A stretch of 64,000 nt of DNA from Eledone cirrhosa. Taxonomy: Eukaryota. How positions within the stretch are numbered: position 1 is the first letter of the stretch; the number at the start of each line of letters is the position of its first letter. Shown here in pieces: positions 13,880-26,998 of the stretch. The DNA is taken from the NCBI GenBank assembly GCA_964016885.1, contig OZ024741.1:163122001-163186000 (forward strand). The letters are read 5' to 3'. Under the pieces are notes generated by a model. The model made no database searches. It saw only the letters and a program-made list of their open reading frames with translations, and was not told where the DNA came from. Made by a program: the position numbers and the translations under genes.

Positions 13880-16131
13880 AACCAGTAAGACCCCGACAGC
13901 TGAGCTCAAGCCGTTTCGACGGCTAATTCTGGACTAAATGAAAATTTATCCTGGTATTTAAATAGCCGATCTTCTCAAGGGGTAATTCCATATATGGTCA
14001 AACTGATTGTCAAAAATCAGTAGTAATTCTGTGGTTGCAAATTAGTAGGGGAGATGGTGGCTAAACCTGCCAGTAGGAGAAGGAGGCGAGGGGGTGGAGT
14101 AGCCCCAATCAAGCGTTTGTAGTGCCAGCTACAGCTGGGCATGAGGTCAAAGAAGATACAGGGGAGGGGGAGGGGGAGGAAGTCGGAACGGTAGGTAGAA
14201 CAATGGGGGGTAGAAATATATAGGAACGAAAAAATACTGAGAGTGAAGAAAAGCAAATAAGTGTAAAGAAAAACAAATGAGTGTAAAGAAAAAAGTAAAG
14301 TAAATTAAATTCTACGACCTAGGTCTCTAGCTATTGTTAGTCTAGAATAAATAAATAAACAAAGAAAGAAAGAAGTAAAGAAAGAAATAAAGAAATAACG
14401 AAATAAGTAAAAGAACTAGGTGGGACGGATTAGGCGAGGACCCTTTTAAGAGGTATAAGTACGTAAATGATACGGTGACGGGTCAACAAAAGGGGCCAAA
14501 ATACTAAAGAGACTACCACGAAATAAACAATAAAGGTTTCCATCCCGGGCACAATTCCAGCAACCACCCAGTGCAGCAAAGTGAACTAATACGAGATAAT
14601 AATTCTGAGTCCCGAGAAAAATATATACTAATGCTAACTCTAAAAGATCTAAAACAAGCTACATGAAAGTTCGTACGAAGTAAAGGTAGAATACGGAAGA
14701 ATAAATTCAGAATCCACCCCGCCCAAAAGAAAAGCGAAGAAAGAAATACTGAAACGAAAAAATAAGGCATAAGTGCCACTAAGAAATATAGAGGGCACAG
14801 AGAATAGTGGGAGCGGTCGGAAAAAGGGGACAAGTATCCGGGGTCTAAACCAACTGCTATAAAGGGCGGAGTCCGCCAAATCTATCCTAGACTAGGGGAG
14901 GGGGTAGGGGTACTAAGGCTACAAGGGGCCAAAGGGCAGCCTCGGGTGGGCGAGAAAAGACGCCGACAAAGGAGAAGAGCTGGGGTAGAAGGACTAAGGA
15001 GAGAGGGGGGAAGGAAGGAAATAAAGGAAGCTATAAAAGAATACAAAGAAGATCTTACGTCTCCCTTGGCAAGCAGGGGTTACCCATTGCAAAATCGGCA
15101 AGTGGGGTGTTATAGCCCTAGTCTACCCCCCCCCCCCCCCCGGGGCATTATGGGGTTTGAGGGCGAGGTAAGTCCTACGCAATCTATGTTTACATGCAGT
15201 AACCAGTTCATCTTTCTTGTTTAGGAGTTGGTCCGTCGAAAACAGCATTTGTAAAGTTTCCTCCGAGCATAAATTGCACGGACGGCGTCCTCCCGTGTAA
15301 GAATTGGCTCTGGACAGTAATCTCCAAGTGAGATCATAGGTGATGTTGTTGTCCTTGAGGTCCCATATGTGGCCCGAAAGTGTAGTGGCGTGACGCCGGG
15401 CCGGGTTTCGGAAGGTATGTCTATGTTGGTATAGCCGGGTCTTGAAGTCACATGCGGTAAGTCCTATATAGGTAATCTCCTGGTTCAGCAATATGGAGGA
15501 TAAACGAGAAACTAAATTTATACAGTTCGACATAGAGAGCTACTATGCTTCAATCACCTTACCGCTACATACTGCCGCCTTGGACTTCGCCGAAACACTT
15601 GTGCCCATCACCGACCAGGAAAGAAAAATCATCCTCCACGCCAGGAAGACAGTCTTACTCTTTGACGACTCTAAATGGATAAAAAGAGCTCCCGACTCAC
15701 CCTTCGACGTCAGCATGGGCGCCACGGATTCGGCGGAGGTCACAGATCTTATAGGATTATTCCTAATAGCCAAACTCACTGATATGTTTCCTGCATTCGG
15801 TGGTGGATTGTACCGTGATTCGGTGGTGGATTGCACCCCCTCCCCTCTTTCTCCTACTGGCAGGTTTAGCCACCATCTCCCCTACTAATTTGCAACCACA
15901 GAATTACTACTGATTTTTGACAATCACTTTGACCATATATGGAATTACCCCTTGAGAAGATCGGCTATTTAAATACCAGGATAAATTTTCATTTAGTCCA
16001 GAATTAGCCGTCGAAACGGCTTGAGCTCAGCTGTCGGGGTCTTACTGGTTCCTATTATCCACTCTACTACCTCAAGTATTGAGTACTTTGGTGCGTTATG
16101 GTCCACCTGGTTCCTTACCACATTTCCTTCG

Positions 16132-16134
<3 letters not shown>
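13876..16134. mobile_element. Rearranged Penelope-like element (GIY-YIG fragment on minus, RT fragment on plus, inverted ~205-bp termini)
   Basis: Minus ORF 15123-15533 has YIGLT..FKTR..QH..F..TTLS.HIW.LK...CNLC..E..LLNKK.E...CKHR (PLE endonuclease). Plus ORF 15493-15820 has FIQFDIESYYASI..MG..DSAEVTDLIGLFL..GGLYRD (PLE RT). 13876-14081 is the inverse of 15849-16054. (TA)n on both sides. Confidence 0.9.
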
Positions 16135-16201
<67 letters not shown>

Positions 16202-18635
16202 AGTAGCTTTTTATCCAAGCATTGTAATATAAATTCTCATCCTTTTTATTGAAATCGTATCATATCTCTTTATTCATCGTTTATGTTGAGTTTAGAACAA
16301 TCACATTCCTACCAACGTTGATTGACGTTTCAAGGCCATAGTCCCATTTTCCAATGTGATGTGATTACAGTGGCTCATTTGCACAGTGTTTAGTAGCATG
16401 TAGCAGTTGTGAAGAGAAAGACCAAATGAAATTGTGAATTACCAAAAATTTCAGTTAAAAAAAAGTGGGTGCTATGAGGAAGTGCTAAAAATGCTCCGAC
16501 ATGTCCAAAATCGCTGATAAATCGCTGACAAATAGAATTAGAAAAAGAAAAATTGTAAAACTGGCTCTGAAGCGATTGACTAAAATCTGAAGCTGAACTA
16601 TTGTTTCTGTGACATGCTTTAAATCAGACATCTCACAAGTAATGTATCAAGTGGTATATATTAAGTAAAGGAAGAATTTTTGGAGGTTAGGAAGATATAT
16701 TATCATCTTTGTCTGTCCAATTTTATCCCAGAAAGGATGCATTTATAGAGATAACTAAGCTGATAATTTCATAAAGTTATGCCAGTATAAAATAATGTCA
16801 ATGGAAGTAAGATGCTACAAATATACACAATAAAAAAAGACCATACACTATGATATGTCAATACTCGCAAGCAGGGACATAAATGGTAATCGGTTGGATA
16901 TGTTCGTCAATGACCCCCAGCATAGAATGTATCTCACAATCAAAATATCTGGCCCATACAGATAATATATGTTTCATCTAAATTGACAATTATCTGCAGA
17001 GTCCTGCAGTAGTTTTGTAGATATAAATGCACACACGGACGCCGAAAAAATATTTTAAAATCATTTCAGTCTATAAATAGGAGAGTACCAATACAGCTAA
17101 TAGTTAAATGCACAGTGTCATATCCATATGTATGTATTTTACTTGCGTGATTTCGCAATAGGATCTTTTGGGCTGCTTGGGTTGAACACCAAATCGACCA
17201 GTCTCGATTCGCTGTTACAAAATAACGCCGTACTATCCACTTGTCTCTCTATCTTACAATGCCGAAAGACAGTAGTGGAATATTAAAATGAGGTTTCAAT
17301 CGTGATAAAAATACAATCTAAGATTAAATACATTTGAACATGACACTGTATACTTAATCGAAAACCTTACATGAAGACACTTTAATCGGAAACCTTACAT
17401 GACGACAACATTTACTCTCACTAAAGTAACGTTGCAATACGGTAAAGATTATTAATCATTTTCATTATAAAAGACTGGTTTTATTTATGTTTATGAAACA
17501 TTTTCAGTGGAAACAAAAGCTAGAAAACTCGAAATAATATCTAAATGTTTAAAAGCAATGTATTCGGTGTTGTTTATTCCATATAGAATATATTCCCAAC
17601 AGATTATCTGTAAACTCGTTTGTTATTATGCAGTTCATTAACAGCAGGCTAATGGAAGAATATTATTTCCAATGCATTTTAAAATAAGATCGCAGTTAAA
17701 AGCGAGTTAAAAGGCTTCTTTTAAATTCTAATCCCATGCATTATTTTTGTAATTTCTTTCTCTATCAATAAATCTTTTCACTTTGGCAAATGAGTATACA
17801 GAAATGTTTCTATATTTTGACAGCTTGCAAAATATTTTAATGTGGTTAAACTGAAAGGTGTCATTTTCATACGCACCTGAAGGTGTTTATGTCGTAATGA
17901 CTTAGATGGCTTCGAACACTGATTGTTTTAACTAACTAAAACTGATCGGTTTAATTAACTTAATCTATTTATAGAGCAAGGTATGTTAATCTATTACCAA
18001 GCTATGATAGGTTTAATAATTAAAACTACATATAACCTATTTCTACAAAGCAGTTTATCTTTAACATAAAATTGCGCCAGACAACGATTTCATTTTCATA
18101 TTGAGAATATATTTAGTTAACACAGTATGTGTAATTAATTATGCATACCCATTCTAAAGCTTACTGAAATATCTAAGATATATGGGATTTTCTTCGCAGC
18201 ATTAAGTTGAGTCTTAAGATATCGGGTTTGATATACAACATGAATATGTTTGAAGATGCAGCTGCTCGGCTGAGAAACACGTTAGTTTTAAAACTAAAAA
18301 TACAATAACAATGATATAATACACATTAAAAAGCTAATTTATGTTACTTCTATCAACATACATACTGCTTTACTCTCCGTATAATTTATCATATATGTAA
18401 TATCCATACGCAACCGACAACTCTATTTCATGCATATTTACCATCAGCGCCATGAAAGATTCATCTTTTCATTTAAGGAAGCCAATATAGAAATTGTATA
18501 ATTTTAAATAATTTTCATATAATGAGAGTTTTCACCTATAAAACTTACTTGAAAACTCTTATCCTCTAAAATAAATTCTAAAAGAAATCCCACACCTCTC
18601 AGTCTGTGCAATTTTATGCGGGTATATATGTGTGT

Positions 18636-18734
<99 letters not shown>

Positions 18735-18796
18735 TGGTTACACAACATTCACCTTACCGAGAATAATTCTACGGATATTACCTTCCAGTGTTCCAC

Positions 18797-18866
<70 letters not shown>

Positions 18867-19051
18867 GTGAGGTTTTTTTTTACAAAATGAAAAATAACCG
18901 AGGTATCCTACACGAGTGAAAGTATAAGGAAAAAAGATGAAATCGAAAATGCAACTGGAGTTTTTTTTTTAAATATATATTTATTAAGGAACCAAATAAG
19001 TATATATTAAAAAAAAAAGACTCCAGTTGCATTTTCGATTTCATCTTTCTT

Positions 19052-19110
<59 letters not shown>

Positions 19111-19255
19111 AAATACAATTTCGCTTCAAGATAAGCTTTATACAATATAAGCTTTATACAGTATAAGAAGTTCGTATCTCCAAAGAAATACGGTTTTAGG
19201 AAGCCGTAGCTATGCAAACACCCTCTAGTGATATCCAGCAGAAGCAAGGGGGACA

Positions 19256-19299
19256 ACCGTCTATGCATTTCAGGCTTAACTGGCCTTCGTCAGGACGAT
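19256..19299 (-). ncRNA. Minimal type I hammerhead ribozyme
   Basis: Minus strand: atcgtc CTGACGA aggc-cagttaa-gcct GAAA tgca TA gacggt; 6-bp stem I, 4-bp stem II, palindromic UGCA stem III loop typical of PLE minimal hammerheads. Confidence 0.88.
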
Positions 19300-19759
19300 C
19301 CCTCCCACTGGTTGCGACTGCTGGACTAGAAGACAGCCAAGAATATATAGTTTTCGCGTCTGTGTAAATGAGGTGATTAATCTCATTTGCATATGAAGCT
19401 GCATAAGTTGGCTCAACTTATAATAGAAAAGAAATAAGATTTCGCTTCAAGCATAGCTTTATACAATATGTATAAGAATTTCGTATCTCCAAAGAAATAC
19501 GGTTTTAGGAAGCCCTAACTATGCAAACACCGGGGGGCTAACGCCCTCTGGTGATGTCCAGCAGAAGCAAGGGGGATAACCGTCTATGCATTTCAGGCTT
19601 AACTGGCCTTGAAGCGAAATCCTATTTCTTTTCTATTATAAGTTGAGCCAACTTATGCAGCTTCATATGCAAATGAGATTAATCACCTCATTTACACAGA
19701 CGCGAAAAGTATATATTCTTGGCTGTCTTCTAGTCCAACAGTCGCAACCAGTGGGAGGG

Positions 19760-19803
19760 ATCGTCCTGACGAAGGCCAGTTAAGCCTGAAATGCATAGGC
19801 GGT
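19760..19803 (+). ncRNA. Minimal type I hammerhead ribozyme (inverted copy)
   Basis: atcgtc CTGACGA aggc-cagttaa-gcct GAAA tgca TA ggcggt; stem I is retained through G-U pairs. Confidence 0.85.
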
Positions 19804-20440
19804 TGTCCCCCTTGCTTCTGCTGGACACCACCAGAAGGCGTTAGCCCCCCCTCCCCCCGTGTTTGCATAGCTACGGCTTCCTAAAGCCGTAATTCTTTGG
19901 AGATACGAAATTCGTGTACATATATATATATATGTATGTGTGTGTGTGTGTGCGTGTGTGCAGTGGGATGTGTAGTTCTTTGAAATCCTACAGTCAAGAA
20001 TAATAAAATGCAATAGATGAGATAAAGCTTGTTTAAAAATAGTATGTTTTGTGCTTTATTGTTCGTTTAGGTAAAGGTAGATTGTAGTAAGATGAGTATA
20101 TGAGTGTTAATTTTAGAATTAAAACCAGGGTTAGTGTTATACTTAAGATTAAGTATAATTACTGTGAACGGTCATGTGGCTACAGTCTACGAGCCTTGTT
20201 GCTGGGTTATTATGGGTCCCTTGATAGTAAGCACTTCCAGATCAATAATCCTTCATCAGACTAAATTATTTTCCTGCTTAGAAAATTCATTACGACGGTG
20301 TATGTCTATAGGTGTTTTCATATGCCCAGTTCATTATGATATTTTAGGGTGGGCACCCGCTTCCCAATAAAATAGGCCTCCAGTAACCAATGAATTTGAG
20401 GTGTCCACTTAAGCGTTGATATACATACATATATATATAA

Positions 20441-20518
<78 letters not shown>

Positions 20519-20621
20519 ATATATAAATATAAATTTATATATATATATATATATGTATATCAACGCTTAAGTGGACGCCTCAAATTCATTGGTTACCGGA
20601 GGCCTATTTTATTGGGAAACG

Positions 20622-20660
<39 letters not shown>

Positions 20661-21791
20661 GTAAAAGAACCCAAAGATATATATATATGTAAAAGAAACC
20701 AAAGAACGCTTACATACTCAAACAGTTTTTATTTGGTTACAATGTTTCATCCATATCGTTGGGTAGGAATCATCAGAGCTTAATATACACAGTGCTGAGT
20801 ATAAGCTCTACCAAGCTTAGTCACACGAACAATTGGAGTACAATGGAGTTTAAAGATAGGGAGATCGGAGATGGCGAATAAGGAGAGAGTACATGTTGGG
20901 GTTGTTACGCACGACAGCTAAATGCTAGGGCACAAGCAGATCTCACAAGATGCTGTTAAAATTGATGGCACACAAAAGCAAAAAATACAAACAATGGTTA
21001 AAACATAATAAAAAAGTAAAAGGAAGATTATATAAAGAGATAAAAAGTAAATAAAAAGGTAAACAAATTTTTCTTAATTTTATTAAAAATTTTAAAAGGA
21101 AAGAAGTCAGAAAAGAAAGAAGAAAAAAGAAAGAGTTTTAAGCACATAAGAAAGCCAAAGGAATTTAAGCGCTGGTCCCTAATAAAACAAGTGAATAGGA
21201 TCTCAGTAACTTATAGTTATATAAGCACTAATATGTTCTTAAGGTACATCCAGAAAGACCACAGTAATCAAAATCGTCGCCATGGTATACATATACAAGG
21301 TATACTGGTAGGTACACAAGCATACAACAGGCAACACATAAATGCAAGCCATACACAAGCGAAGTGGGGTTATTACAGGATAGAGCAGAGTATAACAAGT
21401 ATATAGACAGGCACCACATATAAAGCAAGCTATACACAAGAAAAGCGGGGTTACTATAAGATAGAGCTGCAGCAAAAGCCCCACAATATTATTTTAGTTA
21501 CTGTAAAACCAACTGGCAAAAATTACTACACATGTATATTAACCGTATAGGCTAGACCAATCGGCCACATATGTCCCGATTGTGTAGGGTTTATATAGAA
21601 ATAGGATTGTCATTAGATAACCAATTAGTCTAAATTATACAACATATGTAGATCGTTCAAAATTAAAAATAGTTGGATTTATACTATCACTCAAACATAA
21701 CATCATATCTAGTAACAAGAGCTAATACAATACCGTCAAAATACAACACGGTGCGTGTATTTATGCACATGCACTCCGTGCTATACGTACG

Positions 21792-21888
<97 letters not shown>

Positions 21889-21975
21889 TTGTGTGTGTGT
21901 GTCGGATGGTAGCTAAGATGCTTCCATAGCCGGTATGCCGGTTGAGCACTCTATGCTCTTACAGAGCAGAGTAGG

Positions 21976-22295
21976 ATATAATATAAAACGAAAAATCAGT
22001 GATGCATCTGAACTCAATTTATTGTGTTACAATTGTTTCGCCGGAGGACAGCTCGAGACACGATCATTGTGTGGATCTGTTTGATTCTGGACCCGCAGGT
22101 TCGACGGACACGTCTAATGATTTCGGAAGTGAGAGCATATGCTCCAAAATCATTAGACGTGTCCGTCGAACCTGCGGGTCCAGAATCAGACAGATCCACA
22201 CAATGATCGCGTCTCGAGCTGTCTGCCGGCGAAACAATTGTAACACACAATAAATTGAGTTCAGATGAATCACTGATTTTTCGTTTTATATTATA
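21976..22295. repeat. ~150-bp-arm inverted repeat (family E)
   Basis: Arms nearly identical; both carry GAAACAATTGTA followed by AATAAA; left flank is homologous to 13277-13320. Confidence 0.9.
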
Positions 22296-22638
22296 ATATA
22301 TATATATAATATTTGGAGTTACACATGTTTGGCAAAACGTAGAGAAACCTAACGAAAAGTGATGTCTATGGATCAAACCACAACTGTACAATATCCCTAC
22401 GTGTGTGTATATATATATATATATATAACAAAGAGGGTGTGGTAAGATACTAGGTGGACCATTAGGCACCAGAGTACTCACTACTGAGGGTAGTAGAGTG
22501 GGTAATATGAAAAGAGTCAGGACCCCGACAGCTGAACTTCGGCCGTTTCGACAGCTGAGCTCCGGCCGTTTCGACAGCTTGATCCGAACCTAGCTGCCGA
22601 AACGGCTGGAGCTCAGTCGTCGAGGTCCTGACTCTTTT

Positions 22639-22701
<63 letters not shown>

Positions 22702-23092
22702 CTGTATGTGTGTGTGTGTTTGTGTATGTGTGTGTGCAAAAGGTAAACAGAAATTACAAAGCGAACAACACAGTACACTGGAAAATATATTAATTTAACG
22801 CTTGATATAGTAGGAAAAGGCTTTTAACTTTTCAGACGCTAATCCTTCATCATAAAATAGAATGAGAAATAAAAGCAGAAAAAGAAATATAGAGGAGGGT
22901 GAAAAGAGGAAGAAACGGAATTCCTTTTGCCTTAGAAAAAGCACGTGTCTGTTCACGTGTCATTTTGTTGACATCTAGGCGGTGGGAATCTTGGTTTTGC
23001 TATATTCGTGTAAGTCTTTGACACCTTAACAGCCCATGAATGAGGGCGGTGCGCAAAACGTGGACATACTCGACAACGTGTTGACTGCTATC

Positions 23093-23139
<47 letters not shown>

Positions 23140-23365
23140 AAATCTAGTATAGAAATGGCTTCTACAGGGCTAGAACAGTTTCATTAGAAGACATTTCTAT
23201 ACTAAATTTGTTGTACACACTCTACCACCCTATCAATGTATTGAGTACCTTACTTACCGTGGTTACCCTCGATTGATCCAGACACACACACACACATATA
23301 TGTGTGTGTGTGTGTGTATGTGTGTGTATATATATATGTGTGTGGGTGTGTGTGTGTGTGTGTGT

Positions 23366-23600
23366 AGGCACGTGACCTAGTGGTTAGGGGTTGCGTGTTG
23401 TGTTCTTGAGCAAAACACCTCATTTCTCGTTGCTCCAGTATACTCAGCTGAAAATGAGTACCAGCAATAGCCGGGGGTTTAACCCTGCGATGGACTGGCT
23501 CCCTGTCCAGGAGGGAGTCTTGTACTCTCAGTCGCCTCACGCCATGAAACCGGGATAAGCACCGCTCAATTGGGCCTTCTGGCTTAAGACAGATTTTAGT
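23366..23600 (+). mobile_element. Second tRNA-derived SINE family (CORE/V-domain-like)
   Basis: GTGACCTAGTGGTTAG A-box, TTGAGCAAAACAC..CTCAGCTGAAAATGAGTACC, AACCCTGCGATGGACTGG..CCTGTCCAGG; related copies at ~31001-31110 (+), ~42600-42760 (-), ~43660-44010 (-). Confidence 0.7.
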
Positions 23601-24639
23601 TCAATATAATAGACTTAATATATATATATAATATGTATAAAAATATATATGTATGTATATATATATACCAATGTGTATGTGTGTGTATTACTATCTCAAG
23701 AATAATTCAGAATATGTTAATATTATACTATTAGTAATGGAAGAAAATTAATGAAACTCATTAATAACTATTCGTAAATATTTAAACGACATTACATGTA
23801 ATACTTTCGATGAAGATAATTATTTATGACTGTGAACAATAAACATTTTTCATAAAGCTGAAGAAATTGTGTTATTGGCCATTAATTGCAACTGAAGCTG
23901 TAATGAAACTAGCAACTAATGAGAGTAAGTTATATATTGAAATTACAAAATATGATGCCGCAACTGTAGAAAACATTATCACCTGAAGCAGTAACTCAAT
24001 CCACCATTCGATGATTTGGCAGAAACTTTAAATTCGAAATGCCTTATTTTATTTATTCAGATTTTGTTGTTACTTCAGAATTCATATCTCCTCGAATTCG
24101 CTTTCCTTTCCATAGATAGTGTAGATAAATAAATTATCGTCGTTGTAGGGCGGAATCTATAGAGTGTCGCCCCGGATGCCTTGAGATTTTTCTCCAGGCT
24201 CTGTTCTTTCTGAGCTCAAATTGTGACGTGGCCTATTTGGATGGTAGACGTAATGCTTATAGCTCTTTAACGTCACTACCTGGACACTAGGTGCATTTAG
24301 AGGAGGTTTCCCTTATCACCTGTTTCAGAACCCAGTAAAGTGTCAAGATACTGTCCTTCTGGCCAATTAGTTGATATAATGTTATAGCGAATATAATTGC
24401 TACAGCTATTAATGAGAGAAGTCTCGAAACAGCCACTCGAACTGATCTAGATAGCAGCAAAATATCTCTTAAATAACACGATAGCACCATAACTAAAGTT
24501 GTATTGGACAATGTAGAGCATCATATATAGAGATGGGATGGTGATTGCTTGATAGCCTTTTATTATACATCTGTTCGATCATGGGCTAGCATAGGGTTAA
24601 AATGAGAGCAACTACTGCTACTATTATTACTAATAATAA

Positions 24640-24857
24640 GAGTGGTGAATTGACAATATCGGTAGAGTATTGACCAAAATGATATGCAGTATTTAGTTAC
24701 GTATTTCGTACGTTGAGTTCAAATCCGAGGGCAATTTTACCTTTCATCTATCAGTGGTTGATAAAATAAAGAACCAGTAAAGCACCGAGGTCGGTATAAT
24801 CAACTTTACCCTTCCCCCTACAAATTGTTGGTCTTGTGCCTAAACTAGAAATCTTTA

Positions 24858-24893
<36 letters not shown>

Positions 24894-25042
24894 TGGCACT
24901 GCTAACCACGTCCCTTTACGCTCTGAGTTCCAATCCCGCCGAGGTTAACTTTGCCGTTCATCCTTACGGGGTCGATAAAATAAAGTATCAGTAATGCACT
25001 AGGATAATTGCTGGCCTTGTGCCAAAAGTAGAAACAATTATT
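24640..25042 (+). mobile_element. Two tandem SINE copies separated by a (TAC)n/(TGC)n tail
   Basis: Cores at ~24735-24780 and ~24945-24995. Confidence 0.75.
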
Positions 25043-25178
25043 ACAATGACAACAACAATAATGTCAACAATAATATGATGACAGTTTTACATTTTGCCTG
25101 TTTTGTAAAATTTAAGAGAATCTGTATTCTATTCTGATAATAAACAATATCCTTAATAATCAAGCTGCAAACGCTTAC

Positions 25179-25245
25179 CGTGAGAGAGACACAGTGTACT
25201 ATAATATAAACAGCATAGGCATCGGATAATTAACGAGAAATTCAT
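25179..25245 (-). CDS. Candidate signal-peptide exon of the neuropeptide gene (MNFSLIIRCLCCLYYSTLCLSH)
   Basis: ATG-initiated hydrophobic 22-codon stretch in unique sequence, ending at a strong donor ACG|GTAAGC. Phase 1, so an unidentified intermediate exon would be required to join the phase-0 terminal exon. Confidence 0.3.
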
Positions 25246-26817
25246 AAGCTTATATTAAAAATATTACATATATCCATCGAGATTTAGTAAGAAAAAAGAA
25301 ACCACAGCAATGTCTCATTCCTTCAAGCATTACATGAAAATACAATCATGATTCGTAATTTAAAAACGTATATTGTATTGCTCATATAACTACATCATAG
25401 ATGGCAAAATTCAATTCCATGTACATCTTTATATAGTCGTCTAATAATGTATACACCTACATCGAGATTTAAAGTACCATTATTCAAAATAAAGTTTTAT
25501 AATCTCCTCACTAAATGGAAAGAAAAGAGTTAGATATGAGAATGTTGAACACTTCATTAATATTTTTATTTCGTGGTTGAAGAAAGAGTGCCACCAGTAT
25601 AAGGGAGATAGAGACAGCGAATTATCAAACTGCTTAGAACGTCGGATTGAATGCTCGGTTATATTCGTTCAAGCTCTCTGCACTCTGAGTTCAAAACCTG
25701 TCGGAGTCAACATTGCGTTTTATCCTTTCGAAGTTGATAAAATTGTGCCAGTCCAGTAATAAGATCTATTTTCCTCTTTTTCACTTTCTCACTTCTTCTA
25801 TATGACTCTCTCTTCCTCTCCTTCTCTAGAAGAAATCGGCTATGTTCAGACCTGATCAAGTCATGCTGCTTGCTTCTACGATTCCATCAATACATTATGG
25901 AGACTCTGATCACATCAATTCAATATTAATCTAGTATATAGTCTTTACAAAAATTATCCATATTTAGTGGAACGAAATCCCTTTTTGTATACATTTTATG
26001 AGACTTGTTGTTTTGAGCCCACGATCCGGATTCCTTTTTCCGTTGAAATAATTTCATTTCGGCCAAACATCAAATGTTTGGAAAAAGCATACATTTTAAA
26101 AGATCTTTCTCAGCCTTGATGTATAAATAATAAAGAATCTTATTTAAATTACTTTGGATATCGTACAGTTTCCCTAGTTACATCAATAAACAAACCAAAA
26201 AGTAAGAAGAGAGGAAGGACATCATCTCAATTTGCGTAAATAATATGATTCGTTGCAGTATATTATTTACGAGGATTTAGCAAATATTGAATTATTCCGT
26301 TACATAAAATATACACTTAGTGAAGAACGTTAGCGAACACATTTTGATCTATTGGACAGCCACTGGGGTTGTTCTTTGAATGTGAACATTCGGGCGCGTA
26401 TTCTTTGATTTCCCATGACTGCGATCATCGAATAAAATACTTAATTATGCTATTATTCAGAAATAATGCTTTTGGATGATTTCTACCAGTTCAACGTGCA
26501 GATTAATGGGATTGCTTTTAACGTTGACAAGTATTTCAATTCATGGTTTTATTTTAATTCGTTTGGCGCACTTGTTGCGAAGCGCAAGCAAATATAACCA
26601 TTTACTACTTATCGTAAATTAACGTTTCTCTATGTTAGTTAGACTAAATAGATAAATGGTGTTAAGCAGTTGTCATACTTCAATTTAAAGTGTCATATTC
26701 ATGTTAAAACAATTCAAAATGCATCATGCTTTCTTTATTCATTAGTTTAAAGCATGTAGTAATCATACAAATTTATAAAAACAATATTCAGATATAATAT
26801 AGTTCTATTATATTTCT

Positions 26818-26998
26818 TGGCAGTATCGGTAGAGGGTCGGACGCCATGCTTTGACGCATAGAGTTACGGCCCTTGCCATTCTGAGTTCAAATCCCGCCGA
26901 GGTTAACTTTGCCTTTCATCCTTACGGGGTCGATAAAATAAAGTACCAGTAATACACTGAGTAATTGCTGGCCTTGTGCCAAAAGTAGAAACAATTAT
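26818..26998 (+). mobile_element. tRNA-derived SINE (most complete copy of the dominant family)
   Basis: A-box TGGCAGTATCGG, B-box GAGTTCAAATCC, core CTTTGCCTTTCATCCTTACGGGGTCGATAAAATAAAGTACCAG, tail GGCCTTGTGCCAAAAGTAGAAACAATTA. Confidence 0.85.

Larger units (their letters stand above)
19108..19915. repeat. ~323-bp tandem repeat (1.5 copies) followed by an inverted copy
   Basis: ACCGTCTATGC occurs at 19256 and 19579 (period 323); 19610-19915 is the reverse complement of the unit. Confidence 0.9.

Noticed and set aside
17143-17211. Possible 69-bp internal exon (cag|...|gtaaaa) of the neuropeptide gene
   Set aside because: Weak donor; a symmetric exon would not reconcile the phase 1 and phase 0 junctions; no recognisable peptide
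20738-20776. Minus-strand CTGATGA-ttcc...ggat-GAAA-cattg-TA core
   Set aside because: Stem I does not pair; counted only as a degenerate remnant
26818-26900. tRNA-like A/B boxes
   Set aside because: SINE head; no cloverleaf, so not a tRNA gene
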